From a virus: a stretch of DNA of 62,170 bases. This document shows, in pieces, positions 1-9,299 of the stretch. A program made the translations under genes and the position numbers. The stretch lies in IMG/VR virus record IMGVR_UViG_3300046557_000378. The stretch is one strand, 5' to 3'. The notes beneath the pieces were generated by a model, which saw only the letters and a program-made list of their open reading frames with translations, did not search any database and had not been told where the DNA came from. Position 1 is the stretch's first letter. Every line of letters starts with the position of its first letter.

Positions 1-50
1 GCGACCTGGCCCCCGAGGGGGCCGTCTCCGCTCGCCTGAGCCTGCTAGTC
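1..50. repeat. terminal direct repeat (identical to 62121-62170); circular-assembly overlap or terminal redundancy
   Basis: 50/50 nt identity read directly; an ORF is continuous across the junction. Confidence 0.95.
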
Positions 51-911
51 CCCGGCGCTGCCGCCGGCGAAGTCTGGTACGTCGACCGAGCCGAGTGGCT
101 CGTAGGTGGCCTGACGGCTCTGGCGGAGGCAGCGAGCGGCGGAGGAGCGGCAATCACCCTGCGCGGACTGACGACGGGCGGACCCACCTATACGTGGTCC
201 CTTGTCCGCATCGTGTCCGGCATGGCGGCACAGCCCGTTCGAGGATGGCTCGGCGATCTGACGTCTCAGACCATCACTGGGGACATCGCCGTTGCCACAG
301 ACTACGAGGCTCCGTTAGGAGTTCCCGTGCAGTGGCGCGTCATTCTCCTGGATCCCAGTGGCGTAGCCCGCATGAGCTACACCTCCGATCCGGTGACGCT
401 GGACGCTGAGACAACGGACGTGTGGCTGAAGGATCCCGGCCTACCGCAGCGATCCGTCCGAGTGACCGTCGCAACCCCGATGCCGACGTGGTCGCGTGCC
501 GCTCGGCAGGGCGTGAACCAGGTTAGGGGACGCGCTCTTCCCGTCGCCATCAGCGACGTCCGCGCTGGCAAGACCGGGGATCTCACCGTCGTCACGGAGA
601 CGGACGCAGACCGAGAGGCCCTGTGGTGGGTGCTCGAATCCGGAAGCACACTGCTCATCCAATGGCCTCCGGCGTGGGGTGAGGACGACATCTACGTCTC
701 GGTCGGCGACGTCCAGGCCGCCCCCGTCGTCGACTACGCGGAGTTCCACGACCGCACATGGGTGTTGCCATTGACCGAAGTGGACCGCCCGATCGGCGGA
801 GTCACGGGCAGTGCTGACCGCACCTGGCAGACCGTCAAGGACACCAACCCAACATGGGCCGATGTGCTAGCTGGCGCGTCGTCGTGGCTCGACGTCTACA
901 CGGGAGCGTGA
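1..911 (+). CDS. minor tail protein, C-terminal part (continuation of ORF 60836-62170; Dit/siphovirus tail-component-like)
   Basis: Frame 3 open from nt 3 to stop 909-911 and in phase with 60836 ORF through the 50-nt overlap (1285+911 nt = 732 codons); lies after tape measure. Confidence 0.85.
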   Translation, partial: DLAPEGAVSARLSLLVPGAAAGEVWYVDRAEWLVGGLTALAEAASGGGAAITLRGLTTGGPTYTWSLVRIVSGMAAQPVRGWLGDLTSQTITGDIAVATDYEAPLGVPVQWRVILLDPSGVARMSYTSDPVTLDAETTDVWLKDPGLPQRSVRVTVATPMPTWSRAARQGVNQVRGRALPVAISDVRAGKTGDLTVVTETDADREALWWVLESGSTLLIQWPPAWGEDDIYVSVGDVQAAPVVDYAEFHDRTWVLPLTEVDRPIGGVTGSADRTWQTVKDTNPTWADVLAGASSWLDVYTGA

Positions 912-918
912 GGCACTG

Positions 919-2028
919 ATGTATGCAGTCAGCAGCACATTCCTGAAGACCCTGGCGACCTCACACGTGATGGTTGCCAGGGTCGATGCCTACTACAACG
1001 GCGTACTTACGGCGTCTGCCCTTCCGTTCACCGACGGGGCTGTGACCGTCGACCGCGGGAGCAAGACGCGGAGGACGCTGACACTGACGGTCTCCGACCC
1101 GAAGTATCTGCCGTGGAGTGCAACCGACCCGCTCGCGGCCTACGGTCAACAGCTCGTCGTATCGCGCGGGATCAGATTCTCGAACGGTGCTGAAGAGTGG
1201 GTGCCGCTCGGGACGTTCCGCATCAACGAGCCTGGAGGCGACGTCCATCTAGGCCCCGTGAACATCACGGGCGCGTCGATGGAGTGCGCCGTCATCGACG
1301 ACAAGTTCCAGGCGCCGGCCACCACCCGTGGATACGGCGGATGCGTCGACGCTATTACGGCGCTCATCCGGCAGACGCTGCCTGACTCCATCATCGTCAA
1401 TCTCACCTCCGGAGCCCGCAATCCAACGTGCGCCGTTGCGACGTGGGATGCGGGCGGTGACCGATGGGACGCCGTTGTCCAAATCGCTCTGGCGATGCAA
1501 GCGGAGATCTACGTCGACGCTCAAAACCGCTTCGTGATAACCGACTTGCCTGATGTCGTAAACGGCACTGTTGCGTGGGACATCGCGGAGGGGGAAGGCG
1601 GAACGCTCATCTCGGCGGCCCGAACGATGCCACGAACGGCCGTTTGCAACGCCGTTGTGGCGTCGGGCGAGAACTCCGCTTCGGGAGCGGCTCCGGTAAG
1701 CGGAGTTGCCCGCGACACCGACCCTACGAGCCCCACCTATTGGGGTGGTCCGTTCGGCAAGGTCACCAAATTCGTTTCATCCGCCCTCTGGATAACGGCG
1801 GCTGACTGCGTGGCTAATGCGCAGTACGCGCTATTCGATGCCATCGCTCCGAATGTTCAGACGTCGATCGATTCTCTTCCGAATCCGGCGCTGGAGGGTA
1901 ACGACATCATCCGCCTGGCCTACGTGGGACGGAAGGAGCGCTATCTCGTGCAATCCCTGACGGTCCCGCTGACGCCAGACGGCAGCTTCGCCCTGGCGCT
2001 GCGCGGAGGGAAGGACGACAGCTCGTGA
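919..2028 (+). CDS. minor tail protein (tail-tip/Tal-like; N-terminus reminiscent of DUF5047-type prophage tail proteins)
   Basis: 369-aa ORF 8 nt after upstream stop; position after Dit-like gene. Confidence 0.7.
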   Translation: MYAVSSTFLKTLATSHVMVARVDAYYNGVLTASALPFTDGAVTVDRGSKTRRTLTLTVSDPKYLPWSATDPLAAYGQQLVVSRGIRFSNGAEEWVPLGTFRINEPGGDVHLGPVNITGASMECAVIDDKFQAPATTRGYGGCVDAITALIRQTLPDSIIVNLTSGARNPTCAVATWDAGGDRWDAVVQIALAMQAEIYVDAQNRFVITDLPDVVNGTVAWDIAEGEGGTLISAARTMPRTAVCNAVVASGENSASGAAPVSGVARDTDPTSPTYWGGPFGKVTKFVSSALWITAADCVANAQYALFDAIAPNVQTSIDSLPNPALEGNDIIRLAYVGRKERYLVQSLTVPLTPDGSFALALRGGKDDSS

Positions 2029-2279
2029 CGCTCTCAAAGCGCCTGGCGGACGCAGTGCAGCGCGCGGCAGAGCGCGCTGTCGAACAGCGCGCCTCGTCGT
2101 GGATTCTCGCCACTGTGACGGTCGTGAACACGGGCGGGACGGTCGACATTTCGACGGCCCGCGGTCCCGTTGCGGCCGTCCGTCGAATGGCGTCCTACTC
2201 GGCTCCAGTTGTGGGCGACGTCGTAAAGGTTTCACGCAACGCGGACGGTAACTGGGTCGTTGACGGCGCCCTTGCATAA
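2025..2279 (+). CDS. hypothetical protein, tail module
   Basis: 84 aa; GTG start overlaps upstream stop (GTGA coupling). Confidence 0.55.
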   Translation: MTLSKRLADAVQRAAERAVEQRASSWILATVTVVNTGGTVDISTARGPVAAVRRMASYSAPVVGDVVKVSRNADGNWVVDGALA

Positions 2280-2314
2280 CTCCTCTTTCCCGATGCGCAG
2301 GAGGCGCTAATCCA

Positions 2315-2947
2315 ATGCCCCGCAGTGATTCGTACAGTCAGAACGTGCAATACCCGGTCCTCGGTGACGCAGCGGATATCGAGCTAGCAACGCAAACGCT
2401 GATAGGCGGCATCGTTCCCAAGCTCGTCATGCGTTTCGCGGACGCCAACGCCCGTGCAGCAGCGTTGACCGGCTCAACGGCCCCCGTTCCCGGGATGATT
2501 ACCTACCTCGTCGCCGAAGACCGATGGGAGGGACGTCAGGGTGACGGAACATGGCTCCTGTTGTCTGACGGTCCGTGGCAGCCGTTGACCTACAAAACGG
2601 GTTACGCAGCGCATGACGGCGCACCCGGTTGGCGAAAGAAGGCGGGTGGCGGAATCGAACTCCGCGGGCGCGTCCGGAGAACTTCCGGCGGACCGTTCGA
2701 GGACGATGGATCACTCGTTCCGTTCGCATTGATCCCGTCCAGCATCGCGCCTGCCGCCTTCCGCTACTTCCTGGTCCCAGCGAAGCGGGTAACCGTCAGC
2801 GGGGTAACGCGGTACTCGTCGCGCGTGGAGGTCACAACCGCGGGCGTCTTGCAGTACACCGTCGAAGCCGGCGGAGGGGCAGGTACATCGGCCGACCCGG
2901 GTTGGATCGCGCTCGACGGAATCCAGTTCAGCCCCGCCGGCGACTGA
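2315..2947 (+). CDS. minor tail protein, possible receptor-binding protein
   Basis: 210 aa; AGGAGG RBS 8 nt upstream of ATG; last gene of tail block. Confidence 0.6.
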   Translation: MPRSDSYSQNVQYPVLGDAADIELATQTLIGGIVPKLVMRFADANARAAALTGSTAPVPGMITYLVAEDRWEGRQGDGTWLLLSDGPWQPLTYKTGYAAHDGAPGWRKKAGGGIELRGRVRRTSGGPFEDDGSLVPFALIPSSIAPAAFRYFLVPAKRVTVSGVTRYSSRVEVTTAGVLQYTVEAGGGAGTSADPGWIALDGIQFSPAGD

Positions 2948-2968
2948 CGCACACCACAAGACATTCAA

Positions 2969-2993
2969 GCCTCGCAGCAGCGGGGCGCTTTTT
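2969..2993 (+). terminator. intrinsic terminator-like hairpin
   Basis: GCCTCGC-agca-GCGGGGC (one G-U) followed by GCTTTTT. Confidence 0.55.
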
Positions 2994-3010
2994 CATGCCC
3001 TGGAGGAAAC

Positions 3011-3922
3011 ATGACCGCGCACATCTACCCCGGCGCTGACGCATCGACGCAGTGGTTCCACTCGAAGTACCCCGGCGACACCATGGCGCACCCCAACACG
3101 CTGGTGCTCCACACGACGGAGGGCGGCACCTTCCCCGACTACTCGGGCGGTTCCGTAGCCCCGACGTTCACCGTCCACCCGGACGGCAGGGTCCGTCAGC
3201 ACTTCTACGCCAACGAGTCCGCGCGAGCCCTCGTCAACGCGAGCGGTGGCGTGCAGACGAACACCCTGAACGCCGTGCAGATCGAGCTGATCGGTACGTG
3301 TGACAAGGGCGGTCCCGGAGTCATCTGGCCCAGTGCGACGGACGCTCAGCTCGCCGGGCTGGTCAAGCTCGTGAAGTGGCTGACGTCCACCTACCCGATA
3401 CCGCTGAAGTCGACGTCGAAGCCGTGGCTGAGTTACCCGACGTCGTACGGCTCGGCGAGCGGGCAGCGGATGAGCTTCGCGGAGTGGGAAGCCTTCAGCG
3501 GCATCTGCGGTCACCAGCACGTTCCCGAGAACTACCACGGCGACCCGGGTAACTTCCCGATCGCCCGGCTGATCAAGCTGGTTGGCGGGGCGACGTCGAC
3601 GCCCACCACGCCCACGAAGCCGACGACGAAGCCGACCGTCTCCGTCGCGCACCTGAACGCCGCGCGGGCGAAGGACATCCCCGCCGCGACCGGGCACACG
3701 ACCTACAAGGCCGAAGTCCTCGTATTTGAGAACGCCCTTGTGGCGGAGGGTCTGCTCAGCAAGTCCTACGCGGACGGATCCTTCGGCACGCTGACGCAGA
3801 CGGCCTACGACACGTTCCGGCGCAAGGTTCTGAAGCTGACCGGCTCCGACGCGACCGGCACCATCGGCCTGGCGTCGCTCAAGGCTCTGGCTGCGCGTCA
3901 CGGGTTCACGGCGAAGGCCTGA
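3011..3922 (+). CDS. endolysin: N-acetylmuramoyl-L-alanine amidase with C-terminal peptidoglycan-binding domain
   Basis: Amidase_2/PGRP-like N-terminus (TLVLHTTEG...HQHVPENYHGDPG), Thr/Pro linker, PG_binding_1-like end (YKAEVLVFENALVAEGLL...GSFG). Confidence 0.85.
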   Translation: MTAHIYPGADASTQWFHSKYPGDTMAHPNTLVLHTTEGGTFPDYSGGSVAPTFTVHPDGRVRQHFYANESARALVNASGGVQTNTLNAVQIELIGTCDKGGPGVIWPSATDAQLAGLVKLVKWLTSTYPIPLKSTSKPWLSYPTSYGSASGQRMSFAEWEAFSGICGHQHVPENYHGDPGNFPIARLIKLVGGATSTPTTPTKPTTKPTVSVAHLNAARAKDIPAATGHTTYKAEVLVFENALVAEGLLSKSYADGSFGTLTQTAYDTFRRKVLKLTGSDATGTIGLASLKALAARHGFTAKA

Positions 3923-4224
3923 TGAGTCCTGACGTCCTCGTTGCTGTGGTCACCGCCGCGTCAGTACTTGGCGCAGCGGTGATTGCGGCCGTCCCCGCAT
4001 TCCTCGCCCTCCACAGACGCACCACAGGTGCAGTCGCTCAGGAGGGGACGGCGACGAGAGAAGCCCTGGAGGGCATCGCGACCGCACTGAACACGCGCAT
4101 CGACGACGTCCGCGACGACATCGACGGCGTCCGGGAGGACGTCGCCCGCGTACGCGAGTGGCAGGCCGGCCACGACGCGGAGCACCTGCTGATCGACCGC
4201 CCACGCCCACGAGGAGACGCCTAA
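3922..4224 (+). CDS. membrane protein, holin-like/lysis-associated
   Basis: 100 aa; ATGA overlap with lysin stop; N-terminal TM VLVAVVTAASVLGAAVIAAVPAFLAL then charged helix. Confidence 0.5.
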   Translation: MSPDVLVAVVTAASVLGAAVIAAVPAFLALHRRTTGAVAQEGTATREALEGIATALNTRIDDVRDDIDGVREDVARVREWQAGHDAEHLLIDRPRPRGDA

Positions 4225-4226
4225 CC

Positions 4227-6590
4227 ATGCCCGCAATCCCGTCCGGTATCGCAACCGTCGTCCTCACTGGCCGGTACATCCGCCCGGACGGGACGCCGCT
4301 CTCTGGGTCACTCACATTCACGCCGCCGGCCACGCTGACTATGCCCGGGGCCGACACCATCAGCTCAGGCGCGGCGTCTATCGCGCTCGCCTCTGACGGA
4401 TCGTTCTCCGTCATCCTGATCGCCACTGACCAAGCGGGAATGCAGCCGTCCGACTGGACGTACACCGTCGTCGAGAAGCTCTCGCACGCGACGGGCCGGA
4501 CCTTCCCCATCAAGCTGCCTGAGGCAACGCCCGTCGTCGATCTGGCGGACATCGCGCCGACGGATCCCGACCAAGGTGACTACGTCATCATCACGGGGCC
4601 GGCAGGCAAGGACGGCTCGCAGATATACAGCGGGACGGGCGCCCCCTCCAACTCGCTGGGGGTCGACGGCGATTACTACGTCGACACGACGGTTGACGCA
4701 GTCCGCCTCTTCGGAGCGAAGGCATCCGGCGCCTGGCCGACGCCAGGAGTCCTCTTGAACGGCGTGACGTCCGTCAACGGCGAGACTGGCATCGTCTCTC
4801 TGTCGGCTGCGGACGTGGGCGCGGATGCAGCCGGTACAGCAGCCGCCCTAACGGCCGTCGGCCTCACCGACTGGGTCAACGTAAAGAATGCTTCGTATGG
4901 GGCTGTTGGCGACGGGGTTACCGACGACACGGCCGCGATACAGAGCGCGATCAGCGCTGTTGCGGCAACTGGCGGCGTCGTTTACCTCCCCGCAGGCAAG
5001 TACCTTCTGAACGGCTCCAGTGGCCTCAGTATCCCCACCAGCGCCGTGACCCTCCGCGGAGCGGGAACGGAGGCGTCAAGGATCCTCATCGGATCGAGCT
5101 TCACCGGGTCGTCAGCAATCACCGTAACGGGTGCCAACGCCCAAGTGACGGACCTTAGTGTCAACGGCAGCAGCACGACGACGACCAGCAACCCCGCGGC
5201 ACACGGCATCACTGTGAGTGGCGCCCGACGGCTGAGAGTCTTCAACTGCCAAATGTGGTACCTGAACGGATACGCCGTCCGTGCCCTGGCCACGAGCGGG
5301 AGCAGCACCACCAACCCGCACGGTACCCAGATCTCGAACGTCCGGATCAATCAGTGCGCCGGCGGGCTGTACTTCCTGGGCGACACCACTCAGGGCTACG
5401 CCGTCAACAGCTTCGTCACCGACGTGCATATTCAACAGAGCGGCGCGGCGAGCGGCACGAACGCCAACGCAGATGGCATCCGCATCGAGGATGCGTGGGA
5501 CGTACTACTGGAGAACGTCATTACGTGGCTCCAGGCCGGTACCGGATCGGCGTTCCATGTGATCGGCAACTGTGCCGCAACCTTCGCCAAGAACATCGAC
5601 GCGCTGGGGCCGAACAGTCTCGCCCCGAACGTGCTGGTGGAGGACGGGGCGAACGGAAGCCCGCAGAACGTGCAGATCAGCGGTGGCGTGATCCAGCAAG
5701 GCACCGTGGGAATCAAGATCTCCGGCGGCGCACAGCACGTTCACGTGGACTCCCTCCGGATCATCAACAACAGCGGGCACGGTGCGCAGGTCGACGGATC
5801 GGGCGTCGGCATCTACTTCCACAAGGTGTTCTTCTCGCAGTCGGGCCAGGGCGCTGCCGGCACGAACTACGACATCAACTGGAGTGGGACGGCGACGGGG
5901 CACGTCCTCAACTGCCGCTTCTCATCGCCCGTCGTCGCAACCGGCGTCGCAGGCGTGCAGCAGACGATCAACGTTGCTGCCGGACAGGGCGTCCGTGTCC
6001 TCAACACAGACTTCCAGGGCTCCGGCGCCAGTTCGGCCAACTGGTTCACGAACCTACCGATGGTGGTCACTCGCGTCGACGGCACCAACATGGAGCACAT
6101 TGGCAACCTGGACGTCCGGCTGCCGACCGGTACCCGCGTCAGCCTCCGACCCGTAGCAGCAGGTAACAACGCCCTTGCCATCAACGTGAACGGGGCAGAC
6201 TCCGTTGACCGATTCAGGCTTCTAGGCAGCGGTAACCAGGAGTTCGGCACCGGTGCAGTGGCCCGCGACACCACGTGGGGGCGCCAGGGAACTGCCCAGA
6301 TAGGCAGCCCCGACTCTGACATCATCATCGGCCTCGCAGGAAAGGGGCTGCGGGTGAAGGAGGGCACCAACGCACGCCAGGGGACGGTGACGCTGGTTGC
6401 CGGAGCGGCAACGGTGGCCAACACCTCCATCACGGCGACGTCTCGTGTCCAGCTGACGTCACAGGCGGACGGAGGCACGCCGGGATGGCTTCGAGTGAGT
6501 ACCCGGACGGTGGGGACGTCGTTTGTCATCACCTCGTCCAGCTCCTCCGACACGAGCACCGTGGCGTACTTCATCACGGAGCCCGCGTGA
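4227..6590 (+). CDS. tailspike/tail fiber with right-handed beta-helix (pectate-lyase-superfamily) domain
   Basis: ATG 4227 with GAGGAG RBS (track start 4158 is an Arg-rich extension overlapping the upstream gene); collagen-like GPAGKDG; YGAVGDGVTDDTAAIQSAI...GGVVYLPAGKY motif. Confidence 0.8.
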   Translation: MPAIPSGIATVVLTGRYIRPDGTPLSGSLTFTPPATLTMPGADTISSGAASIALASDGSFSVILIATDQAGMQPSDWTYTVVEKLSHATGRTFPIKLPEATPVVDLADIAPTDPDQGDYVIITGPAGKDGSQIYSGTGAPSNSLGVDGDYYVDTTVDAVRLFGAKASGAWPTPGVLLNGVTSVNGETGIVSLSAADVGADAAGTAAALTAVGLTDWVNVKNASYGAVGDGVTDDTAAIQSAISAVAATGGVVYLPAGKYLLNGSSGLSIPTSAVTLRGAGTEASRILIGSSFTGSSAITVTGANAQVTDLSVNGSSTTTTSNPAAHGITVSGARRLRVFNCQMWYLNGYAVRALATSGSSTTNPHGTQISNVRINQCAGGLYFLGDTTQGYAVNSFVTDVHIQQSGAASGTNANADGIRIEDAWDVLLENVITWLQAGTGSAFHVIGNCAATFAKNIDALGPNSLAPNVLVEDGANGSPQNVQISGGVIQQGTVGIKISGGAQHVHVDSLRIINNSGHGAQVDGSGVGIYFHKVFFSQSGQGAAGTNYDINWSGTATGHVLNCRFSSPVVATGVAGVQQTINVAAGQGVRVLNTDFQGSGASSANWFTNLPMVVTRVDGTNMEHIGNLDVRLPTGTRVSLRPVAAGNNALAINVNGADSVDRFRLLGSGNQEFGTGAVARDTTWGRQGTAQIGSPDSDIIIGLAGKGLRVKEGTNARQGTVTLVAGAATVANTSITATSRVQLTSQADGGTPGWLRVSTRTVGTSFVITSSSSSDTSTVAYFITEPA

Positions 6591-6605
6591 CGACTCCATC
6601 CCACT

Positions 6606-6639
6606 CCCGCGTCACATCACCCTCTGATTCCCCCATTAC
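6606..6639 (+). promoter_or_regulatory. phage-specific promoter-like motif, copy 1 (CCCGCGTCACA-N11-TTCCCCCATTAC)
   Basis: One of five near-identical sites; GTCACA 6611-6616 and CATTAC 6634-6639 are 17 nt apart; 31 nt before ATG 6670. Confidence 0.5.
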
Positions 6640-6669
6640 CTGTGTGTCATCACATGGAGGAGGAGACGG

Positions 6670-7269
6670 ATGGGCAACATCGGCATCATCGGCCGCGCGA
6701 GGGCCGGCAAGGACACCGCGGGGAAGTTCTTCGTCGACGGGCACGGGTACAGGCGGATCGGGTTCGCGGACGCGCTGAAGGAAGCGGCGCTGAGGCTGGA
6801 TCCGGTCGTCGGGTGCTTTCCGGACGAGGACACCCGAGCGGCCGTGTACGTGCACCTGTCGGAGGTCGTCGGTACGCACGGGTGGGAGGTTGCCAAGGAG
6901 ACCCCCGAAGTCCGCCGCATCCTCCAGGAACTCGGCTCCGCCATGCGCGCCGTCGACGAGGAGGTCTGGCTCCGCGCGGCACTGGCGAAGGTCCGCAACG
7001 CCAACGACCAGGGTGTGCCCGTCGTCATCACCGACGTCCGGTACCGCAACGAAGCGGCGTCCCTCGTCCGCGCCGGATTCCACCTGCTTCACATCAACCG
7101 ACCCGGCGTCCCGCAGCTCGACCACGAGTCGGAGCGGGATCTCGGGCCGGAGGACGCGCGCTACCTCGTCCAGAACGACGGCGATCTTGCCCACTTGGGT
7201 GAGCAGCTCGAACTCATCTGGGACGAGATTTTCGCCCTGGAGTCCGCCCGCCACTTCGCCCGCCTCTGA
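6670..7269 (+). CDS. deoxynucleoside monophosphate kinase-like P-loop kinase
   Basis: 199 aa; N-terminal Walker A GIIGRARAGKDT; size and pattern as phage dNMP kinases. Confidence 0.7.
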   Translation: MGNIGIIGRARAGKDTAGKFFVDGHGYRRIGFADALKEAALRLDPVVGCFPDEDTRAAVYVHLSEVVGTHGWEVAKETPEVRRILQELGSAMRAVDEEVWLRAALAKVRNANDQGVPVVITDVRYRNEAASLVRAGFHLLHINRPGVPQLDHESERDLGPEDARYLVQNDGDLAHLGEQLELIWDEIFALESARHFARL

Positions 7270-7278
7270 AAGGCATTC

Positions 7279-7521
7279 ATGCAGCAGATCCGAGACTTCC
7301 TGAACACGCTTTCCCTCCGTGCGGTCGTCGCGCTCCAGACGTTCGCTGCGACGGAGCCCGTGCGACTCCGGTCGATCCTGACGTCACTCGTCCTCGCCGG
7401 CGGGTTCCTCCTCCCGGCACTGGCCAACCACAACGTCGCGCAGGCCATCGCGAGCATCGGCGCCGTGGCGCTCCCCATCGCCGTCGGGGAGACGACGAGG
7501 GCAAGGGTGACGCCCGCCTAA
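7279..7521 (+). CDS. membrane protein (2 predicted TM, holin-like size)
   Basis: 80 aa; hydrophobic stretches AVVALQTFAA and SLVLAGGFLLPALA...IGAVALPIAV. Confidence 0.55.
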   Translation: MQQIRDFLNTLSLRAVVALQTFAATEPVRLRSILTSLVLAGGFLLPALANHNVAQAIASIGAVALPIAVGETTRARVTPA

Positions 7522-7582
7522 CGTACGAAAAGGGGTAAGCGCTCACCGCCTCCCCTGTGATGTAACCGATTCCGCCAAGCCT

Positions 7583-7615
7583 CCGTCTTCCCACCTGGGA
7601 GGGCGGGGGTTTTTG
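7583..7615 (+). terminator. intrinsic terminator
   Basis: CCGTCTTCCC-acct-GGGAGGGCGG (two G-U) followed by GGGTTTTT. Confidence 0.7.
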
Positions 7616-7628
7616 CGTTAAGAGCTTC

Positions 7629-7689
7629 GTAAGACGACTGACGGAGCTGCCTCATAGCGTGTTGTGGTGGTCGACATAATGCCTATACT
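7629..7689 (+). promoter_or_regulatory. early promoter/operator module 1 (palindrome variant + TTGTGG-N16-TATACT, GGTCGACATAA in spacer)
   Basis: GTAAGACGACTGAC 7629-7642; TTGTGG 7662-7667; TATACT 7684-7689, 6 nt before ATG 7696 (leaderless). Confidence 0.55.
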
Positions 7690-7695
7690 CCGGCC

Positions 7696-8322
7696 ATGCC
7701 GACCTCACCCGGCCCGCTACTGCAAGCGCTCGTCGACCTATGGGATCGACTACAAGCCGAAGTACCGGAGCTACCACGTATAACCCCTGTCGTCTCCCCG
7801 ACGACCAGGAGGAAAGACCACGGCCCCGAGAGGTGGAGGAGAGACGCCGACGGATCCGTATCGGGTCTCGTCATCACCGCTGACGTCCTGCATGAGGGCG
7901 CTGAAGCCACCCTCGTAATGGTCCTGCACGACGCTGCCCACATCCTCAACTGGACCCGCGACGTGCAAGACACAACGATGCGGGGCGTCTACCACAATCA
8001 GAGATTCCTGACGGCCGCGGAGGAAGTGGGCCTCGAATGGCCTGCCCACTCAGAGCGTGCTCCGGGACAGGGGTACGTCAACCCAGTGCTTAACGCGGTC
8101 GCCCACACACGGCACAAGCCTGATCTACAGAGGCTGACGGAGGTCATCCCGGAAATCCTCCCGCACCTGGAGGTTCCCGCGTCCTCCAGCGCCGGCCGCG
8201 TCGACCGGTTGACGTTGAAGTGCGGGTGCAAGCCAGCACGGTCCTTCCGCATCTCCAGAACGGTTGCTGCTCAAGGGCCGATCACGTGCAACGTGTGCGA
8301 CACCGAGTTCACCTCTGAATGA
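7696..8322 (+). CDS. hypothetical protein with HDAAH metallopeptidase-like motif and C-terminal Cys4 zinc-ribbon-like end
   Basis: 208 aa; VLHDAAHIL; LKCGC...ITCNVC; first gene after early promoter. Confidence 0.65.
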   Translation: MPTSPGPLLQALVDLWDRLQAEVPELPRITPVVSPTTRRKDHGPERWRRDADGSVSGLVITADVLHEGAEATLVMVLHDAAHILNWTRDVQDTTMRGVYHNQRFLTAAEEVGLEWPAHSERAPGQGYVNPVLNAVAHTRHKPDLQRLTEVIPEILPHLEVPASSSAGRVDRLTLKCGCKPARSFRISRTVAAQGPITCNVCDTEFTSE

Positions 8323-8412
8323 TCACCACGGCTACCGTGCGGTAAGGTCTGTCGAAAGTCAGTGATTGACGGTACTGTGCGTGCGGTAGCCGTGTGCCCT
8401 AGAGAGGTCAGG

Positions 8413-9180
8413 ATGAGCCGTAAGGACGTCGCCCGAGCGGGGCAAGGCATCGTGGCTGGCATCAAAGACGTCGCCCTGCCGGCGCTGGACCTCGACGAGA
8501 TCGAGAACGAGCCTGAAGGCGCGCTCATCGCGCGAGGTGCTGCCTACGCTCGTGAGTATGCGGCGATCGAGGACAAGCCGACGATCCTGGCAATGAACAT
8601 CGCCACCGTGCTACTCGCGATCAGGAAACAGCACGACGACTGGCTAGGCAGATCTCATGAGTACCGTCTGGTAGCAGCAGAGGTCTACGCACAGGCCAAC
8701 ATCCCGGATGACGCCAGAAAGCGACTTCAAGGCGCAGTCAGATACCACGTCGGAAACATGCTCCGTCGGTACCTGACCCCCCGTGAACTGAAGTCACTGG
8801 AGCTGCTGGACACGTCCCCGCTGGAGCGTCAGCAAGACAACCGAGCGACGAACTCAGTGCTCCTGTCTGCGATGCGGGTAAGCGCAGAGGTTGAGGCGTC
8901 AACTCCGAAGCGCGCCCCGGCGCCGGCGAAGGGGAAGGCGACGTCGAAGGAGACGGTCCCCGAACAAGGAGGGGGCGCAGGCCTCGTCGTCAAGGCGACT
9001 GCCGATCACCTCCGCCTGGCACACGCCGCATCCAACATCCTCGGGCAGCTCAACGCCAGCGTCATCGACGAGCACATGACCGACGGACAGCGCGCCAAAC
9101 TTGACGAGGAGCTAGCGGAGGTCGAACGCGTGACCCGTCGGCTACGTCGGATGCTGAAAAGGGCCGGTTCAGAGGCCTGA
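8413..9180 (+). CDS. hypothetical protein
   Basis: ATG 8413 in frame within track ORF 8362-9180, preceded by GAGAGG; helical, Lys/Ala/Pro-rich linker. Confidence 0.6.
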   Translation: MSRKDVARAGQGIVAGIKDVALPALDLDEIENEPEGALIARGAAYAREYAAIEDKPTILAMNIATVLLAIRKQHDDWLGRSHEYRLVAAEVYAQANIPDDARKRLQGAVRYHVGNMLRRYLTPRELKSLELLDTSPLERQQDNRATNSVLLSAMRVSAEVEASTPKRAPAPAKGKATSKETVPEQGGGAGLVVKATADHLRLAHAASNILGQLNASVIDEHMTDGQRAKLDEELAEVERVTRRLRRMLKRAGSEA

Positions 9181-9230
9181 TCCGGCCTCTACGTCGCCCC
9201 GCATCCTCGTCCCCGGCTGACACAAACTGC

Positions 9231-9299
9231 CAAACTAACCCCTTATTTCTAACTCTCTCTAACGCGTTATAGAGAGAAGTGAAAAGAAGGGTTAGTTTG
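9231..9299. repeat. 69-bp AT-rich imperfect palindrome, copy 1 (homologous to 41022-41090)
   Basis: CAAACTAACCCC...ACGCGT...GGGTTAGTTTG read directly; followed by ACGTTTTGG. Confidence 0.9.

Noticed and set aside
95-691. Track ORFs 95-409(+), 377-691(-) and 441-749(-), and the separate call 213-911(+)
   Set aside because: They are embedded in, or partial to, the junction-spanning minor tail ORF, which is open from nt 3. ORF 213-911 is only its internal Met-to-stop segment.
2993-3901. Long antisense ORFs typical of high-GC DNA: 2993-3901(-), 5867-6604(-), 16815-17654(-), 19750-20736(-), 29920-31035(-), 33412-34257(-), 38130-39335(-), 43191-44420(-), 46000-46968(-), 51378-52457(-)
   Set aside because: All lie opposite ORFs with recognisable domains or good coding character. 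Their products are Arg/Gly/Pro-rich and low-complexity, and they lack an RBS. These are the expected shadow ORFs of GC3-rich genes.
4158-4226. Track start 4158 for the tailspike ORF
   Set aside because: These 23 codons are Arg/Pro-rich and overlap the upstream gene in another frame. ATG 4227 has a GAGGAG RBS and follows the upstream stop by 2 nt.
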